Below, piece after piece: positions 31,695 through 41,509 of a DNA stretch of 64,000 nt. The position numbers were made by a program, and so were the translations under genes. Source of the stretch: Polyangiaceae bacterium. GTDB taxonomy: Bacteria; Myxococcota_A; Polyangia; Polyangiales; Polyangiaceae. The notes beneath the pieces were generated by a model. That model was not told where the DNA came from. It saw nothing but the letters and a program-made list of their open reading frames with translations, and did not search any database. The DNA is taken from assembly GCA_035063585.1 (NCBI GenBank), contig JAPSGB010000017.1, forward strand, positions 1-64,000, written 5' to 3'. Each line of letters opens with the position of its first letter. Position 1 is the first letter of the stretch.

Positions 31695-33265
31695 CGGCTC
31701 GGCATTTCGACGTCGTCGTGCTCGGGCGCTCGCTCGGCGCGCTCGCGGCCGCCGCGCTGCTCGCGCGGCGCGAGTTCCGCGTGCTCTGCCTGGGGCAGGG
31801 GGATCGGCCCGCGTCGTATCGCTTCGATCGGCACGTGCTGGCGCGGCGCGCGTTCACCCTGCTCGCGGGTGCCTCGCCGGTGTGGCGCAAGCTCTTGCAG
31901 GAGCTCGCCCAGACCCCGAGCTTCCGTCGCCGGACCACCACGCTCGATCCGATGTTCGTGGTGATGTCCGAGGGGCGGCGCATCGAGGTGCCTCCGGACA
32001 TGGAGCTCTTCGGTCGTGAAATCGACCGCGAATACCCCGAGGTCCGCCAGCTCGTCGAGGAGCTCTACGCCACCTTCGCGCAGGTGAACGCGGCCGCCGA
32101 CGCGACGTTCGAGCGCGATGCGGTGTGGCCCCCCGGCAGGCTGTGGGAGCGGCTCGAGACGAGCCGCGCGGCAGCGGGCCTGCCCTTCGCGGGTCGGGAA
32201 CGACAGCAAGACCTGCTCGGCAAGTTCCCCGCGAGCCACCCCTATCGCGAGCTCGTGCAGCTCCCCGCGCTCTTTGCGACCGACCTCGCGGTCGCGGGAA
32301 ACCAGCTCCCGCAGTTCGCGCTCGCGCGGCTCCACGGCGCTTGGACGCGGGGAGTGCAGGCGCTCGAGAGAGGCGAGGACGAGCTCACCGAGTTCCTGGT
32401 CGAGCGCATCCTCGCGCACGGCGGCGAGTGTCGCCTCGACGAGCGCGCGACCTCGCTGCTCGTGCGTCGCGGTGCGGTGCGCGGCGTCGTGGTCGACGGG
32501 GAAGAGCACGCGACCGGCGCTGGCGCCGTGGTGAGCGATCATTCGGGCGAGGCGCTCGCGGATCTGGCGCACGGCGAGGGCATCACCAAGCATGCCGAAC
32601 GCGACTGGCCTCGGCTCACCGCCTCGGCGGGGCGATTCGTGGTGAGCCTGATCGTCAGGACGCGAGGGCTACCCGGGCCGCTTGGGGTCGAGGCCTTCCT
32701 GCTGCCTTCCGGGTCCGGGCGCCCGGACCCTCGCAAGCCCATCGTCCACCTACAGCGCAGCCCCGCGGCGATTCATCGGGCAGACGCGCCCGCCGCGGCG
32801 GACGACGAGACGCTGCTGGTCGCCGAGACGCTCTTGCCGGTGCGCGGTCCGCTCACCTTGCTCGAAGCGCGCGAGGCCGTGCTCGGCACGCTGCGGTCGC
32901 ACCTGCCCTTCCTCGATCGGCACCTGGTGGCGGTGGACTCGGTGCACGACGGCCTGCCCGTCCATGACTTCGAGCGCGGGGTGCGGCGCGAGATCGATCG
33001 CACGCACCTGAGCGGCGGTAGCCCCGGACCGGAGCCGATGCAGTGGCTCTGGTCGGTCGACCCACCAGGCTTCCTCGAGCTCGCCGGCGAGCCCATCCGC
33101 GGCCCCATCCCCGGCACCTACCTGGTCGGACGCTCGGTGCTGCCGGCCCTGGGGCAAGAGGGCCAGCTCCTGGCGGCTTGGAGCGCGGCGCGCCTCATCA
33201 CCCGGCGCGATCGGACACGACAAAAAATGCGCCGTCAGATGTGGACCAAGATCGAGACCGGCTGA
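31691..33265 (+). CDS. Phytoene dehydrogenase-like FAD-dependent oxidoreductase
   Basis: FDVVVLGRSLGALAAAALLARR Rossmann-like N-terminus (degenerate GxGxxG); C-terminal YLVGRSVLPALGQEG. Confidence 0.6.
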   Translation: MTARHFDVVVLGRSLGALAAAALLARREFRVLCLGQGDRPASYRFDRHVLARRAFTLLAGASPVWRKLLQELAQTPSFRRRTTTLDPMFVVMSEGRRIEVPPDMELFGREIDREYPEVRQLVEELYATFAQVNAAADATFERDAVWPPGRLWERLETSRAAAGLPFAGRERQQDLLGKFPASHPYRELVQLPALFATDLAVAGNQLPQFALARLHGAWTRGVQALERGEDELTEFLVERILAHGGECRLDERATSLLVRRGAVRGVVVDGEEHATGAGAVVSDHSGEALADLAHGEGITKHAERDWPRLTASAGRFVVSLIVRTRGLPGPLGVEAFLLPSGSGRPDPRKPIVHLQRSPAAIHRADAPAAADDETLLVAETLLPVRGPLTLLEAREAVLGTLRSHLPFLDRHLVAVDSVHDGLPVHDFERGVRREIDRTHLSGGSPGPEPMQWLWSVDPPGFLELAGEPIRGPIPGTYLVGRSVLPALGQEGQLLAAWSAARLITRRDRTRQKMRRQMWTKIETG

Positions 33266-33330
33266 GCGCCGGCCCGGGGGGACTGGCGCGGGTGATCCGC
33301 GTCGACCCGAATCGGTGTATCTTCGAGGAG

Positions 33331-34488
33331 ATGCGCCGCTTGTTGTGTGCCCTGGCCTTCTGCGCTGGGCTGACGCTGGCCGCCTCCCCGGCTGCCGCCG
33401 AGACGCCAAAGACCATTCAAGTCCTCACCGTGATGAGCGATGACGCCTTCCCGCAGGCTCAAGCGCTCACCATCGCGCTGAAGCGGGTCGCGGCCCGCAG
33501 CGAAGGGTGGTCGGTGGGCCAGGGCGAGTATTCGCTCGAGGTGATGGTCGCCGCGCTGAACTGCCCCGCGCCGCCGGACGCGGCGTGCCAAGAGCGGATT
33601 GGCGCAAAGATCGGAGCCAAGCGCTTCATCTGGGGCTCGGCGCGCCTCGAGGGGAAGAACGTGGTCGTGAACCTGCACCTGTGGGAAGGCACCGAGAAGC
33701 GACACACCACCCTGCACTACTCCGCGAACCTGACCGACGCGACCGACGACGCGCTGCTCAAGATCGCGGAGAGCGGGTTTGCCGCCCTCGCCGGTGCCGC
33801 GCAAGGGGCGCTCGTCGTGCGCGCGGGCACGCAGTCCGGGCAGGTGCTGCTCGATGGCAATCCGATCGGGAACCTCACCGACGGGCGCGGCGAGTTCCTG
33901 GTGCCGGTCGGGACGCACGAGGTGCGCGTGCGGGTGGCGGGCCATAACGACGCGGTGGGGACGGTCGACGTCTCGGCGAGCGGCCGCGCGGAGCTCACCC
34001 TCACCCCGTCTCCGAAGTCGGCGAGCGGTGCCGATGGCAGCGACGACGGCGTCTCGGTGAACACCGGGAAGATGAGCACGCGGCGGATCCTCGCCTACAC
34101 CGGCCTCGGCCTGGGCGGCGCGCTCATCGCCGGTGGCGTTTATAGCTGGGTGAAGATCGACTCCGTCAACAGCGATGAGCGCTTCGACTCCTACCGGCGA
34201 GCGGTCCGCACCGGGCTCGACGTGTGTGAAGAGGCCGAGGCGAACCACACCTACGCGGGCGCGACCTCACCGTCCGAGATCGCCGACCTCTGCTCGAGCG
34301 CGCGCACCTGGCAGACGCTCCAGTACGTCTTCTTTGGTACCGGAATCGCGCTTGCCGGCGCCGGGACCTATCTCCTGCTCACCGATCGGCCGGCGCACGA
34401 CCAAGCGCGCGCGGCGCCGCCGCGGCTCGTTCCCACGGTCGGGTTCGGCCCGCACGGCGGTCAGGTCGACGTGCGCGTGGCGTTCTAG
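33331..34488 (+). CDS. PEGA-domain protein
   Basis: Signal peptide; GQVLLDGNPIG...VPVGTHEVRVRVAGH PEGA-like segment; two C-terminal TM segments. Confidence 0.7.
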   Translation: MRRLLCALAFCAGLTLAASPAAAETPKTIQVLTVMSDDAFPQAQALTIALKRVAARSEGWSVGQGEYSLEVMVAALNCPAPPDAACQERIGAKIGAKRFIWGSARLEGKNVVVNLHLWEGTEKRHTTLHYSANLTDATDDALLKIAESGFAALAGAAQGALVVRAGTQSGQVLLDGNPIGNLTDGRGEFLVPVGTHEVRVRVAGHNDAVGTVDVSASGRAELTLTPSPKSASGADGSDDGVSVNTGKMSTRRILAYTGLGLGGALIAGGVYSWVKIDSVNSDERFDSYRRAVRTGLDVCEEAEANHTYAGATSPSEIADLCSSARTWQTLQYVFFGTGIALAGAGTYLLLTDRPAHDQARAAPPRLVPTVGFGPHGGQVDVRVAF

Positions 34489-35036
34489 TGCGCATCATCG
34501 CGGGGCGCTGGCGTGGGCGCAGCCTCCGCGCGCCGCGCGGCAGCGCCACGCGACCGACCTCGGAGCGGGTGCGCGAGGCGCTCTTCGCGGTGCTCGGCGA
34601 CCTCACCGGAGCGCGGGTGCTCGATCTCTACGCGGGCAGCGGCGCGCTCGGGCTGGAGGCGCTGTCGCGTGGCGCCGTCCACGCGACCTTCGTCGAGTCC
34701 GCGCGCGGAGCGCGCTCCGCCATCCTCGCGAACCTCGAGGCTATCGGCGCCACCTCCGAGGCGACCGTCCTCGGGGTCCCAGTCGAGCGCGTCGGCGCGG
34801 CGCTCGCAGAGCGCGGGCCGTTCGACCTCGTGCTCTGCGATCCGCCCTGGCCGGAGCTCGACCGCGCGCTCGCGGCCCTGTCTCGCCTGCTCGAGCGCGC
34901 GCCGCTCGCCACGGGCGGGCGCTTGGTGGTGGAGCACCCGGCCCTGCGTGAGGTGTCGCTCGCGGGGCTCTCCGAGCTGGATCGGCGGCGTTGGGGGGAC
35001 ACCGCGGTGACCCTGTTCAGGCCTTCAGTGGGCTGA
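34488..35036 (+). CDS. rsmD: 16S rRNA m2G966 methyltransferase
   Basis: RIIAG, RPTSERVREALF, LDLYAGSGALGLEALSRGA and DPPW motifs. Confidence 0.93.
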   Translation: MRIIAGRWRGRSLRAPRGSATRPTSERVREALFAVLGDLTGARVLDLYAGSGALGLEALSRGAVHATFVESARGARSAILANLEAIGATSEATVLGVPVERVGAALAERGPFDLVLCDPPWPELDRALAALSRLLERAPLATGGRLVVEHPALREVSLAGLSELDRRRWGDTAVTLFRPSVG

Positions 35037-35198
35037 GCCGGAGCGCTCGGGCGAGACCGCGGGCAAACGGCGAGGACCGCGCGGCCAGGGCCTTGGAGGC
35101 CGCGCGCGCCCGGAGGCGTTCCCGCGGGAAATCGTCGCGCGCGGCGGGGAGGCTGGTTATAGTGCCTCGTCCAGCGTGTCGCTCGACTTGGAGCCCTG

Positions 35199-35795
35199 AT
35201 GCCAGAACCGTCCCTCCCGCCTCCGCCTCCGAAGACTGGTGGCAACTCCGGCTTCACCGCCGCCGCGATCGTGATGCTCTTGCTCATGGGCGGCCTCATT
35301 TATTGGAAGGTCAGCGGAAAGACCGAGCCGGCACCGGCACCGTCCGCGGCGCCACCCGTCGCGACGCCCGAGACGCCGGTGCTCGACGAGCCGCCGCCGC
35401 CACCGCCGCCGTCGGCGTCCGTCGAGCCGGACGCCGGCAAGGCACCGGTCAAGACGGGCGGAATTCGCCCGGCCGGGCCCGGGGTGTGCGGCGGGACGTG
35501 CGACGGCACCGCGCCCGCCGCGCTCCAGTCCGCGCTCGCCGCGAAGGCCGGTCAGGCGCGCGGCTGCTACGAGCGCGCGCTGCGCCTGAACCCCACGCTC
35601 CAGGGCCGCCTGGTGGTAGCCGTGCGAGTTGGCCCCCAAGGCCAGGTCTGCAGCGCGTCGCTCGCCTCGAACAGCCTGGGGGATCCGACGGTCGGCTCGT
35701 GCGTGGTGCAGATGTTCCGTTCCGGGAGCTTCCCGCCGGCGCAAGGGGGTTGCGTCGACACCCAAGTTCCGATGAGCTTCGTAGCGAAGCAGTGA
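35199..35795 (+). CDS. AgmX/PglI C-terminal (TonB-C-like) domain protein
   Basis: TM helix, Pro-rich linker, CYERALRLNPTLQGRLVV...GQV...CVVQMF...FP. Confidence 0.7.
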   Translation: MPEPSLPPPPPKTGGNSGFTAAAIVMLLLMGGLIYWKVSGKTEPAPAPSAAPPVATPETPVLDEPPPPPPPSASVEPDAGKAPVKTGGIRPAGPGVCGGTCDGTAPAALQSALAAKAGQARGCYERALRLNPTLQGRLVVAVRVGPQGQVCSASLASNSLGDPTVGSCVVQMFRSGSFPPAQGGCVDTQVPMSFVAKQ

Positions 35796-35803
35796 GGCGT
35801 CCC

Positions 35804-36049
35804 ATGCGTACTCTCCTCGTACTCCCGGCAGCGCTCGCTCTCGGAGCGCTCGTCTCGCTCGCGTCGTCCGCATGCAGCTCGGACGGCGCGACTCCCTCGT
35901 GCCCGGAGATCACGCCGCTCTACGACGTGCGAGATTCCGGCGGGGCCATCCCTGAGCAGAGGGCGGAGGCGATCAGCGCTGGCTGCGTGACGGCGCCGGG
36001 CACCGCCACCAACACGCCTCCTCCGGCACCGGACGCTGGCGACGACTGA
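35804..36049 (+). CDS. Small lipoprotein
   Basis: MRTLLVLPAALALGALVSLASSAC signal peptide/lipobox. Confidence 0.6.
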   Translation: MRTLLVLPAALALGALVSLASSACSSDGATPSCPEITPLYDVRDSGGAIPEQRAEAISAGCVTAPGTATNTPPPAPDAGDD

Positions 36050-36080
36050 TCCGTCGTCTGGCGCGCGCTATCGCGGGGGC

Positions 36081-36860
36081 GTGCTGCTCACGCTCGCGTA
36101 CGATGGCCGCCCCTTCTCCGGGTGGGCGCGGCAGTCGAACGCGCGAACGATCGCAGGCGAGCTGGAAGGCGCGCTCCGCGCCGTCGATCCGCGCGCGAGC
36201 GCGGCGCGCGGGGTGAGCCGCACCGATCGCGGCGTGCACGCCCGCCAGCAGAAGGCCGCGTTCGACACCACGCGCGACATCGCGCCGCGCGGGTGGGCGC
36301 TCGCCCTCGGGCCACACCTGCCCGACGAGATCTCCGTCGTGGGAGCGAGCCGCGTGCCGGTCGGCTATGATCCGCGCCGCCACGCGGTCAGCAAGGCCTA
36401 TCGCTACGTGCTCCTCCGGAGCGAGACGCGCGACCCGTTCCTGGCGCGTCGCGCCTGGCGGATCGAGTACAGGTTGAACCAGCCGTTGATGCAGGCCGAA
36501 GCGGCGACCCTGCTCGGCGAGCACGATTTCGCGGCGTTTCGCAGCGCCGCCGATACTCGCGCCGAGACCATCCGCCGCATCACGCGCGCCGAGCTCCGCC
36601 CGGCCCCCGGCGATCCGCGCTGCGTCGAGCTCCTCATCGAGGGAAACCGCTTCATGCACAACATGGTGCGGATCATCGCCGGAACGCTGGTGGACGTCGG
36701 GCGCGGCCGGTTGCCGCCGGGCACCGTCACGCGCGCGCTCGAGAGCCGGCGACGCGAGGATCTCGGCGTGACCGCGCCACCGGACGGCCTCTATCTCGAC
36801 GCGATCGAGCTCGAAGCGGAGGGTGAGGACGCCTGGCCGGACGGCCCGCGCCGAGATTGA
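36081..36860 (+). CDS. truA: tRNA pseudouridine(38-40) synthase
   Basis: AYDGRPFSGWARQ, SRTDRGVHA, GEHDFAAF, FMHNMVRIIAG and TAPPDGLYL motifs. Confidence 0.95.
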   Translation: MLLTLAYDGRPFSGWARQSNARTIAGELEGALRAVDPRASAARGVSRTDRGVHARQQKAAFDTTRDIAPRGWALALGPHLPDEISVVGASRVPVGYDPRRHAVSKAYRYVLLRSETRDPFLARRAWRIEYRLNQPLMQAEAATLLGEHDFAAFRSAADTRAETIRRITRAELRPAPGDPRCVELLIEGNRFMHNMVRIIAGTLVDVGRGRLPPGTVTRALESRRREDLGVTAPPDGLYLDAIELEAEGEDAWPDGPRRD

Positions 36861-37009
36861 CTGGACCAGGACCGTCGCGTAGCTTCCGCCCGGCGATCGT
36901 GGGCACCGGAAATGCTCGGCAGTCGGTGTCCCGCTCCACCGGCGCGGGCCCCATGGCGAGCCACGCCGGGCGGCCACCGAGGCCAGCCGGATCGCGCCGG
37001 GAGCACGTC

Positions 37010-38548
37010 ATGAGCCTCAAGCAAACACTCGTCGATCGAAGCAAGAAGATCCTCTTGAAGCCGGCCGTCATGCGCTGGGTGTCCGATGACCGCGTGATGA
37101 AGGCAGCCGAGGGCGTGATGGACGCCCGCGCGCGCGTCCGCGCCGCGTGGCAGGTGCTCCGCGATGGTCACGAACTGCCGAACATAGATCCGGCGCTCGA
37201 CGAGTACCCGGGCGAGACGACCGCGACGCCGGCCGCGACGGCAGAACCAAGAAGAAAGAACGGCAGCGCCTCGTCCGCCGAGCACGCGCGCGGCTCGGAG
37301 GACATGTCCGAGTCGTTGAAGGAGCGCTTCACGCTGTCGGCCATCGGCAGCGAGGACGTGTTCGAGAAGTGCTACAAGTTCTCGGCCGCGGACAACGCGC
37401 GCAAGATGGGGATCTATCCCTTCTTCCGTCCGCTCGATTTCAACGACGGCCCCGAGGCGGTCATCGACGGCAAGCGCGTGGTGATGTTCGGCTCGAACAA
37501 CTACCTCGGCCTCACCACCCACCCGAAGGTGCGCGAGGCCGCCAAGAACGCCATCGACCGCTTCGGCACCAGCATGACCGGATCGCGTCTGGTGAACGGC
37601 TCCATGAAGCTGCACGAGGAGTTCGAGGAGAAGTTCGCGGCGTTCATGGGCAAGGAGTCGGCGCTGGTCTTCACCACCGGCTACCAGGTGAACCTGACCG
37701 TGTGCTCCGCGCTCCTCAGCAACAAGTCGTGCGTGGCGGTCATCGATCGCAACGTGCATGCGTCGCTCTACGACGGCGTGCGGCTCGGTCAGGCCGCCGG
37801 CGCCCGCATGGTGCGCTATCGGCACAACGACCCCGAAGCGCTCGATCGCGCGCTCGACAAGCTCGGCGCGGGCGAAGGGGCGCTGGTCATCACCGACGGA
37901 GTCTTCAGCGCCGAGGGCGAAATTGCCAAGCTCGACCAGCTCGTCCAGGTCGTAAAGCGGCACGGCGCGCGGCTCTTCGTCGACGACGCGCACGCCTTCG
38001 GCGTGATCGGCCCGGAGGGGCGCGGCACCGCGCACCATTTCGGCGTATCGGACCAGGTGGATCTCACCGGCGGCACCTTCTCGAAGTCGTTGGCGAGCAT
38101 CGGCGGGTGGCTGGTCGGCGAGCGCAAGGTGCTCGACTACGTCCGGCATTTTGCACCGAGCTTCATGTTCGCGGCGGCGGCCGCCCCGCCCAACGTGGCG
38201 GCGGCCATGGCCGCGCTCGACGTCATGCAGGAAGAGCCCTGGCGAATCACCAAGCTCCACGAGAACTTCACCTATATGCGCGACGGGCTCCGCAAGCTCG
38301 GCTTCGAGCTCGGCCACACCGAGACCTCGGTGATCCCCATCTACGTGCGGCAAGACCTGCGAACCATCATGATGTGGCGCGATCTGCTCGAGGAGTACGG
38401 GATCTACACGAACCCGTTCATCACCCCGGGCGTCCCGCCGAAGAACCAGATGCTCCGCACCAGCTACATCGCCACTCACACCCGTGAGCACCTCGACCGA
38501 GGCCTCGCGGCGTTCGAGGCGGTCGGCAAGAAGTATGGCGTGATCTGA
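37010..38548 (+). CDS. Alpha-oxoamine synthase, probable serine palmitoyltransferase, with about 110-aa N-terminal extension
   Basis: GIYPFFRPL, FGSNNYLGLT, GSRLVNGS, HASLYDG, DDAHAFG and PLP-Lys motif GTFSKSLASIGG; adjacent to a ceramide synthase-like gene. Confidence 0.75.
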   Translation: MSLKQTLVDRSKKILLKPAVMRWVSDDRVMKAAEGVMDARARVRAAWQVLRDGHELPNIDPALDEYPGETTATPAATAEPRRKNGSASSAEHARGSEDMSESLKERFTLSAIGSEDVFEKCYKFSAADNARKMGIYPFFRPLDFNDGPEAVIDGKRVVMFGSNNYLGLTTHPKVREAAKNAIDRFGTSMTGSRLVNGSMKLHEEFEEKFAAFMGKESALVFTTGYQVNLTVCSALLSNKSCVAVIDRNVHASLYDGVRLGQAAGARMVRYRHNDPEALDRALDKLGAGEGALVITDGVFSAEGEIAKLDQLVQVVKRHGARLFVDDAHAFGVIGPEGRGTAHHFGVSDQVDLTGGTFSKSLASIGGWLVGERKVLDYVRHFAPSFMFAAAAAPPNVAAAMAALDVMQEEPWRITKLHENFTYMRDGLRKLGFELGHTETSVIPIYVRQDLRTIMMWRDLLEEYGIYTNPFITPGVPPKNQMLRTSYIATHTREHLDRGLAAFEAVGKKYGVI

Positions 38549-38575
38549 GCGAGGCGGTCCGCTAGCCTCGGCGTC

Positions 38576-39709
38576 ATGGCCATCGAGATCCGGCAGGTCC
38601 GCCTGGGCGGCAAGCTGAAGGACTTCCTCGACGTCGTCGAGCGCATCTATCGGGACGACCCGAACTACGTTCGCGCGCTCGACATGGACGTCGAGCAGCG
38701 GCTAAACCAGAAAAACCCGTTCTTCGACCACGCCGAGGGCACCATCTTCACCGCGCACCGCAACGGCTGGTGCGTGGGGCGCTGCACGGCGCAGATCGAT
38801 CGCGAGCACCTCGAGCGTTACCACGACGACGCCGGCTTCTTCGGCTTCCTCGACACCATCGACGACCCCGAGGTGGCCCGCGCGCTGCTCGACGCCGCGC
38901 GGAGATGGCTCCGTGAGCGCGGGATGAAGAAGATCCGCGGCCCGATGTCGCTCAACATCAACGACGAAATCGGCTGTCTCGTCGAGGGCTTCGACACGCC
39001 GCCCGCGTTCATGATGCCGCACCACCTGCCGTACCAGGCCGGGCTCATCGAGCAGGCCGGCTTCGCCAAGCTGAAGGACGTCTACGCGTGGCGCTACACC
39101 ATCGGGGACGTCCCGAAGCGCGCGCAGAAGGCGCGCGAGGACGTGGACAAGCTCCCCGAGGTCGTCTCGCGCCACGTCGACAAGAGCCAAATCGAGCGCG
39201 ACGTCCGCATCGTCATGGACGTCTTTAACGACGCCTGGAGTGACAACTGGGGGTTCGTGCCGCTCACCGAGGGCGAGCTCACCAAGATGGCGAACGACTT
39301 GAAGCTCATCCTCCGGCCGGAGATGACCTTCATCACCAGCATCGACGGCGAGCCCGCCGCGGTCGCGCTCGCGCTGCCCAACCTGAACGAGATGATCGGA
39401 GATCTGCACGGGAAGCTCCTCCCGCTCGGCCTCCCGAAGCTGCTCTGGCGCCTGAAGGTGCGCGGCCCGAAGAGCGCGCGGCTCATCATCCTCGGCATCC
39501 GCAAGAAGTATCGTCACATCCGCAAGTACGCCGGCCTCAGCATCTACCTCTACGCGAAGATGAACGAAGAGGCGGCGCGCCTCGGCGTGAAGTGGGGCGA
39601 GCTCAGCTGGACGCTCGAGGACAACGCCCCGGTGAACACCGGGATCCGGTTCATGGGCGGCAAGATCTACAAGAAGTACCGGCTCTTCGAGCGCGACACC
39701 GCCGATTGA
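38576..39709 (+). CDS. GNAT-fold protein of the bacterial ceramide synthase (bCerS/YghO-like) family
   Basis: NPFFDHAE, GRCTAQID, GFFGF.D.IDDPEVARALL, RGPMSLNINDEIGCLVEGF, FNDAWSDNWGFVP, ELSWTLEDN and KKYRLF motifs. Confidence 0.75.
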   Translation: MAIEIRQVRLGGKLKDFLDVVERIYRDDPNYVRALDMDVEQRLNQKNPFFDHAEGTIFTAHRNGWCVGRCTAQIDREHLERYHDDAGFFGFLDTIDDPEVARALLDAARRWLRERGMKKIRGPMSLNINDEIGCLVEGFDTPPAFMMPHHLPYQAGLIEQAGFAKLKDVYAWRYTIGDVPKRAQKAREDVDKLPEVVSRHVDKSQIERDVRIVMDVFNDAWSDNWGFVPLTEGELTKMANDLKLILRPEMTFITSIDGEPAAVALALPNLNEMIGDLHGKLLPLGLPKLLWRLKVRGPKSARLIILGIRKKYRHIRKYAGLSIYLYAKMNEEAARLGVKWGELSWTLEDNAPVNTGIRFMGGKIYKKYRLFERDTAD

Positions 39710-39764
39710 GGGTTGCCGGTCCGGCGCGGAACCGCGCGGGGCGCTCGCGCTTCGCGCGCGCGAC

Positions 39765-40580
39765 TCAGCGCCCGCGCTTGTCCGTCTTGCGGATCGCGTC
39801 GCGGTAGGTCGCCGCGACCCGCCCGGTGAGGAACCGCTGCGGGATGAAGCGCACGGCGGCGAGCTGTAGGCGATTCGAGATCCCGGGCGCGTAGAGGTAC
39901 CGCCGCGCGCGCATCGCGCCGACGCCCTCCCGCGCCGCCTGCTCGACCGGCATGAGCCAGCCGCGGAGCGGGCCGAAGCGCTCGCCCTCGGTCATCTCGG
40001 TGTCGATGCCGCCCGGGACGAACGTAGTCACCGAGACGTGCTTCGGCTCGAGCTCGTGGTGGAGGGCGCACGCGTAGTTCACGAGGAAGGCCTTCGTGCC
40101 GGAGTAGGCCGTCTGGTAAGACACGGGCACGATGCCGGCCATGCTCGCGACGGCCATCATCCCGCCGTCGTGCCCCTGGGCTGCGAGGTACGGCCCGAAG
40201 CGGCGCATCAGCCGCGCCACGCTGCGGACGTTGACCGAGAGCATCCGCTCGAAGCCGTCCCAATCGAGCTCCTCGTACGGGCCGAAGTGGGTGATCCCGG
40301 CGTTTAGCACCGCCGCGTAGAGTTCCCGCCCACCGGTCGCCTCGTCGAACACGCGGTCGACGTCCTCGAGCTTGGCGAGGTCGGCCACGACCGGCGCGAC
40401 CGCGACGCCCGTCTCGGCTTCGAGCTCGCGCTTCAGCTCCTCGAGTCGCTCGCCGCGACGCGCGACGACCACCAGGTTCGACCGATGCTCGCGAGCGAGT
40501 ACCCGCGCCATCTCGCGGCCGAGCCCGGCGGAGGCGCCGGTGACGAGCACCCAGCGTGAGCGGAGATCCATCGGCTTCAT
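39765..40580 (-). CDS. Short-chain dehydrogenase/reductase
   Basis: TGASAGLG, NAG and YSGTK (YxxxK) motifs. Confidence 0.9.
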   Translation of the reverse strand: MKPMDLRSRWVLVTGASAGLGREMARVLAREHRSNLVVVARRGERLEELKRELEAETGVAVAPVVADLAKLEDVDRVFDEATGGRELYAAVLNAGITHFGPYEELDWDGFERMLSVNVRSVARLMRRFGPYLAAQGHDGGMMAVASMAGIVPVSYQTAYSGTKAFLVNYACALHHELEPKHVSVTTFVPGGIDTEMTEGERFGPLRGWLMPVEQAAREGVGAMRARRYLYAPGISNRLQLAAVRFIPQRFLTGRVAATYRDAIRKTDKRGR

Positions 40581-40636
40581 GGCCCGGAGTAGAAGCAGAA
40601 ACCGGCTCGGGCGGCCAGCGGAACCCGAGGCGCAGC

Positions 40637-41200
40637 CTACCCGCCGACGCGGTAGAATGCGGCGCCGCCCACGCGGAGCGGGGTCGGCGCGTTCTTCGGG
40701 CGGCGCCCGAGCGCCTCGACCGCCTCGAGATCATAGTAGCAGCCCGGCCCCCAGCCGACCGCCTCGGCCTCGTCGTCGGAGCGCGCCGCGGTGTCTGCAT
40801 AGAGCGCACGGCGGAGCGGCTCGCTCGGCCGCGACCAACCGACGAACGCTACCCCGCCGATCTCGGCGCGCTCGCCGAGCGGCGCGTCGTCGACCCAGCG
40901 CCCACCGTGCGTCAAGACGCCCACGGTGACGAAGCCCGCCTGCGCGAAGCGCGCGCGTGCCCCCTTGAGCCAGCCCATCGGATCGGTCGCCTGATCGCCC
41001 TCGGCCAGCTCGAAGTAGAAGGCGTGGCCGAGCTCGAGCGCGCGCGCGCCCGCGCCGAGCGGGAGTTCTTCCAGGCACGCGAGCCCCGCTCGATGAAACG
41101 CCGCCCAGCGCTCGGCGAACTCGCTCGGCTCGAGCGCATACTCTTCATCTTCCGCGTCGTACCAGGAGATGAGAAACCCGAAGGCGTTCTCGTCGATCAT
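40637..41200 (-). CDS. Hypothetical protein
   Basis: ATG 41200, typical codon usage, globular composition. Confidence 0.6.
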   Translation of the reverse strand: MIDENAFGFLISWYDAEDEEYALEPSEFAERWAAFHRAGLACLEELPLGAGARALELGHAFYFELAEGDQATDPMGWLKGARARFAQAGFVTVGVLTHGGRWVDDAPLGERAEIGGVAFVGWSRPSEPLRRALYADTAARSDDEAEAVGWGPGCYYDLEAVEALGRRPKNAPTPLRVGGAAFYRVGG

Positions 41201-41509
41201 GTCGGTGCGGCGCGGTATACCAGGGGGCGCGCGGCGAGGTGAACCGAGAGGCGGCGACCTCTTCGGCTCGTCCGCCCGCACCGGGCTCGGCCAGCTCGCA
41301 GGAGGCCAGAGCGTCCGCAGTGGCGACCGCGGCCGCGGCGGTGGAGGTCCTGGGGACGGCGGGGAGAAGTGGTGGAAGGCGGCGTGCTCCGCGAGCTCGA
41401 CCTGGACGAGGAGCGAGACCGGGTCGTTTGGGAGCTCGAGCTGGCCGGAACCGGCGGCGCGCCGCCCGACGGAACCCGCGCGGCGCCCGAGGCGCTAAGC
41501 TACGTCCCC

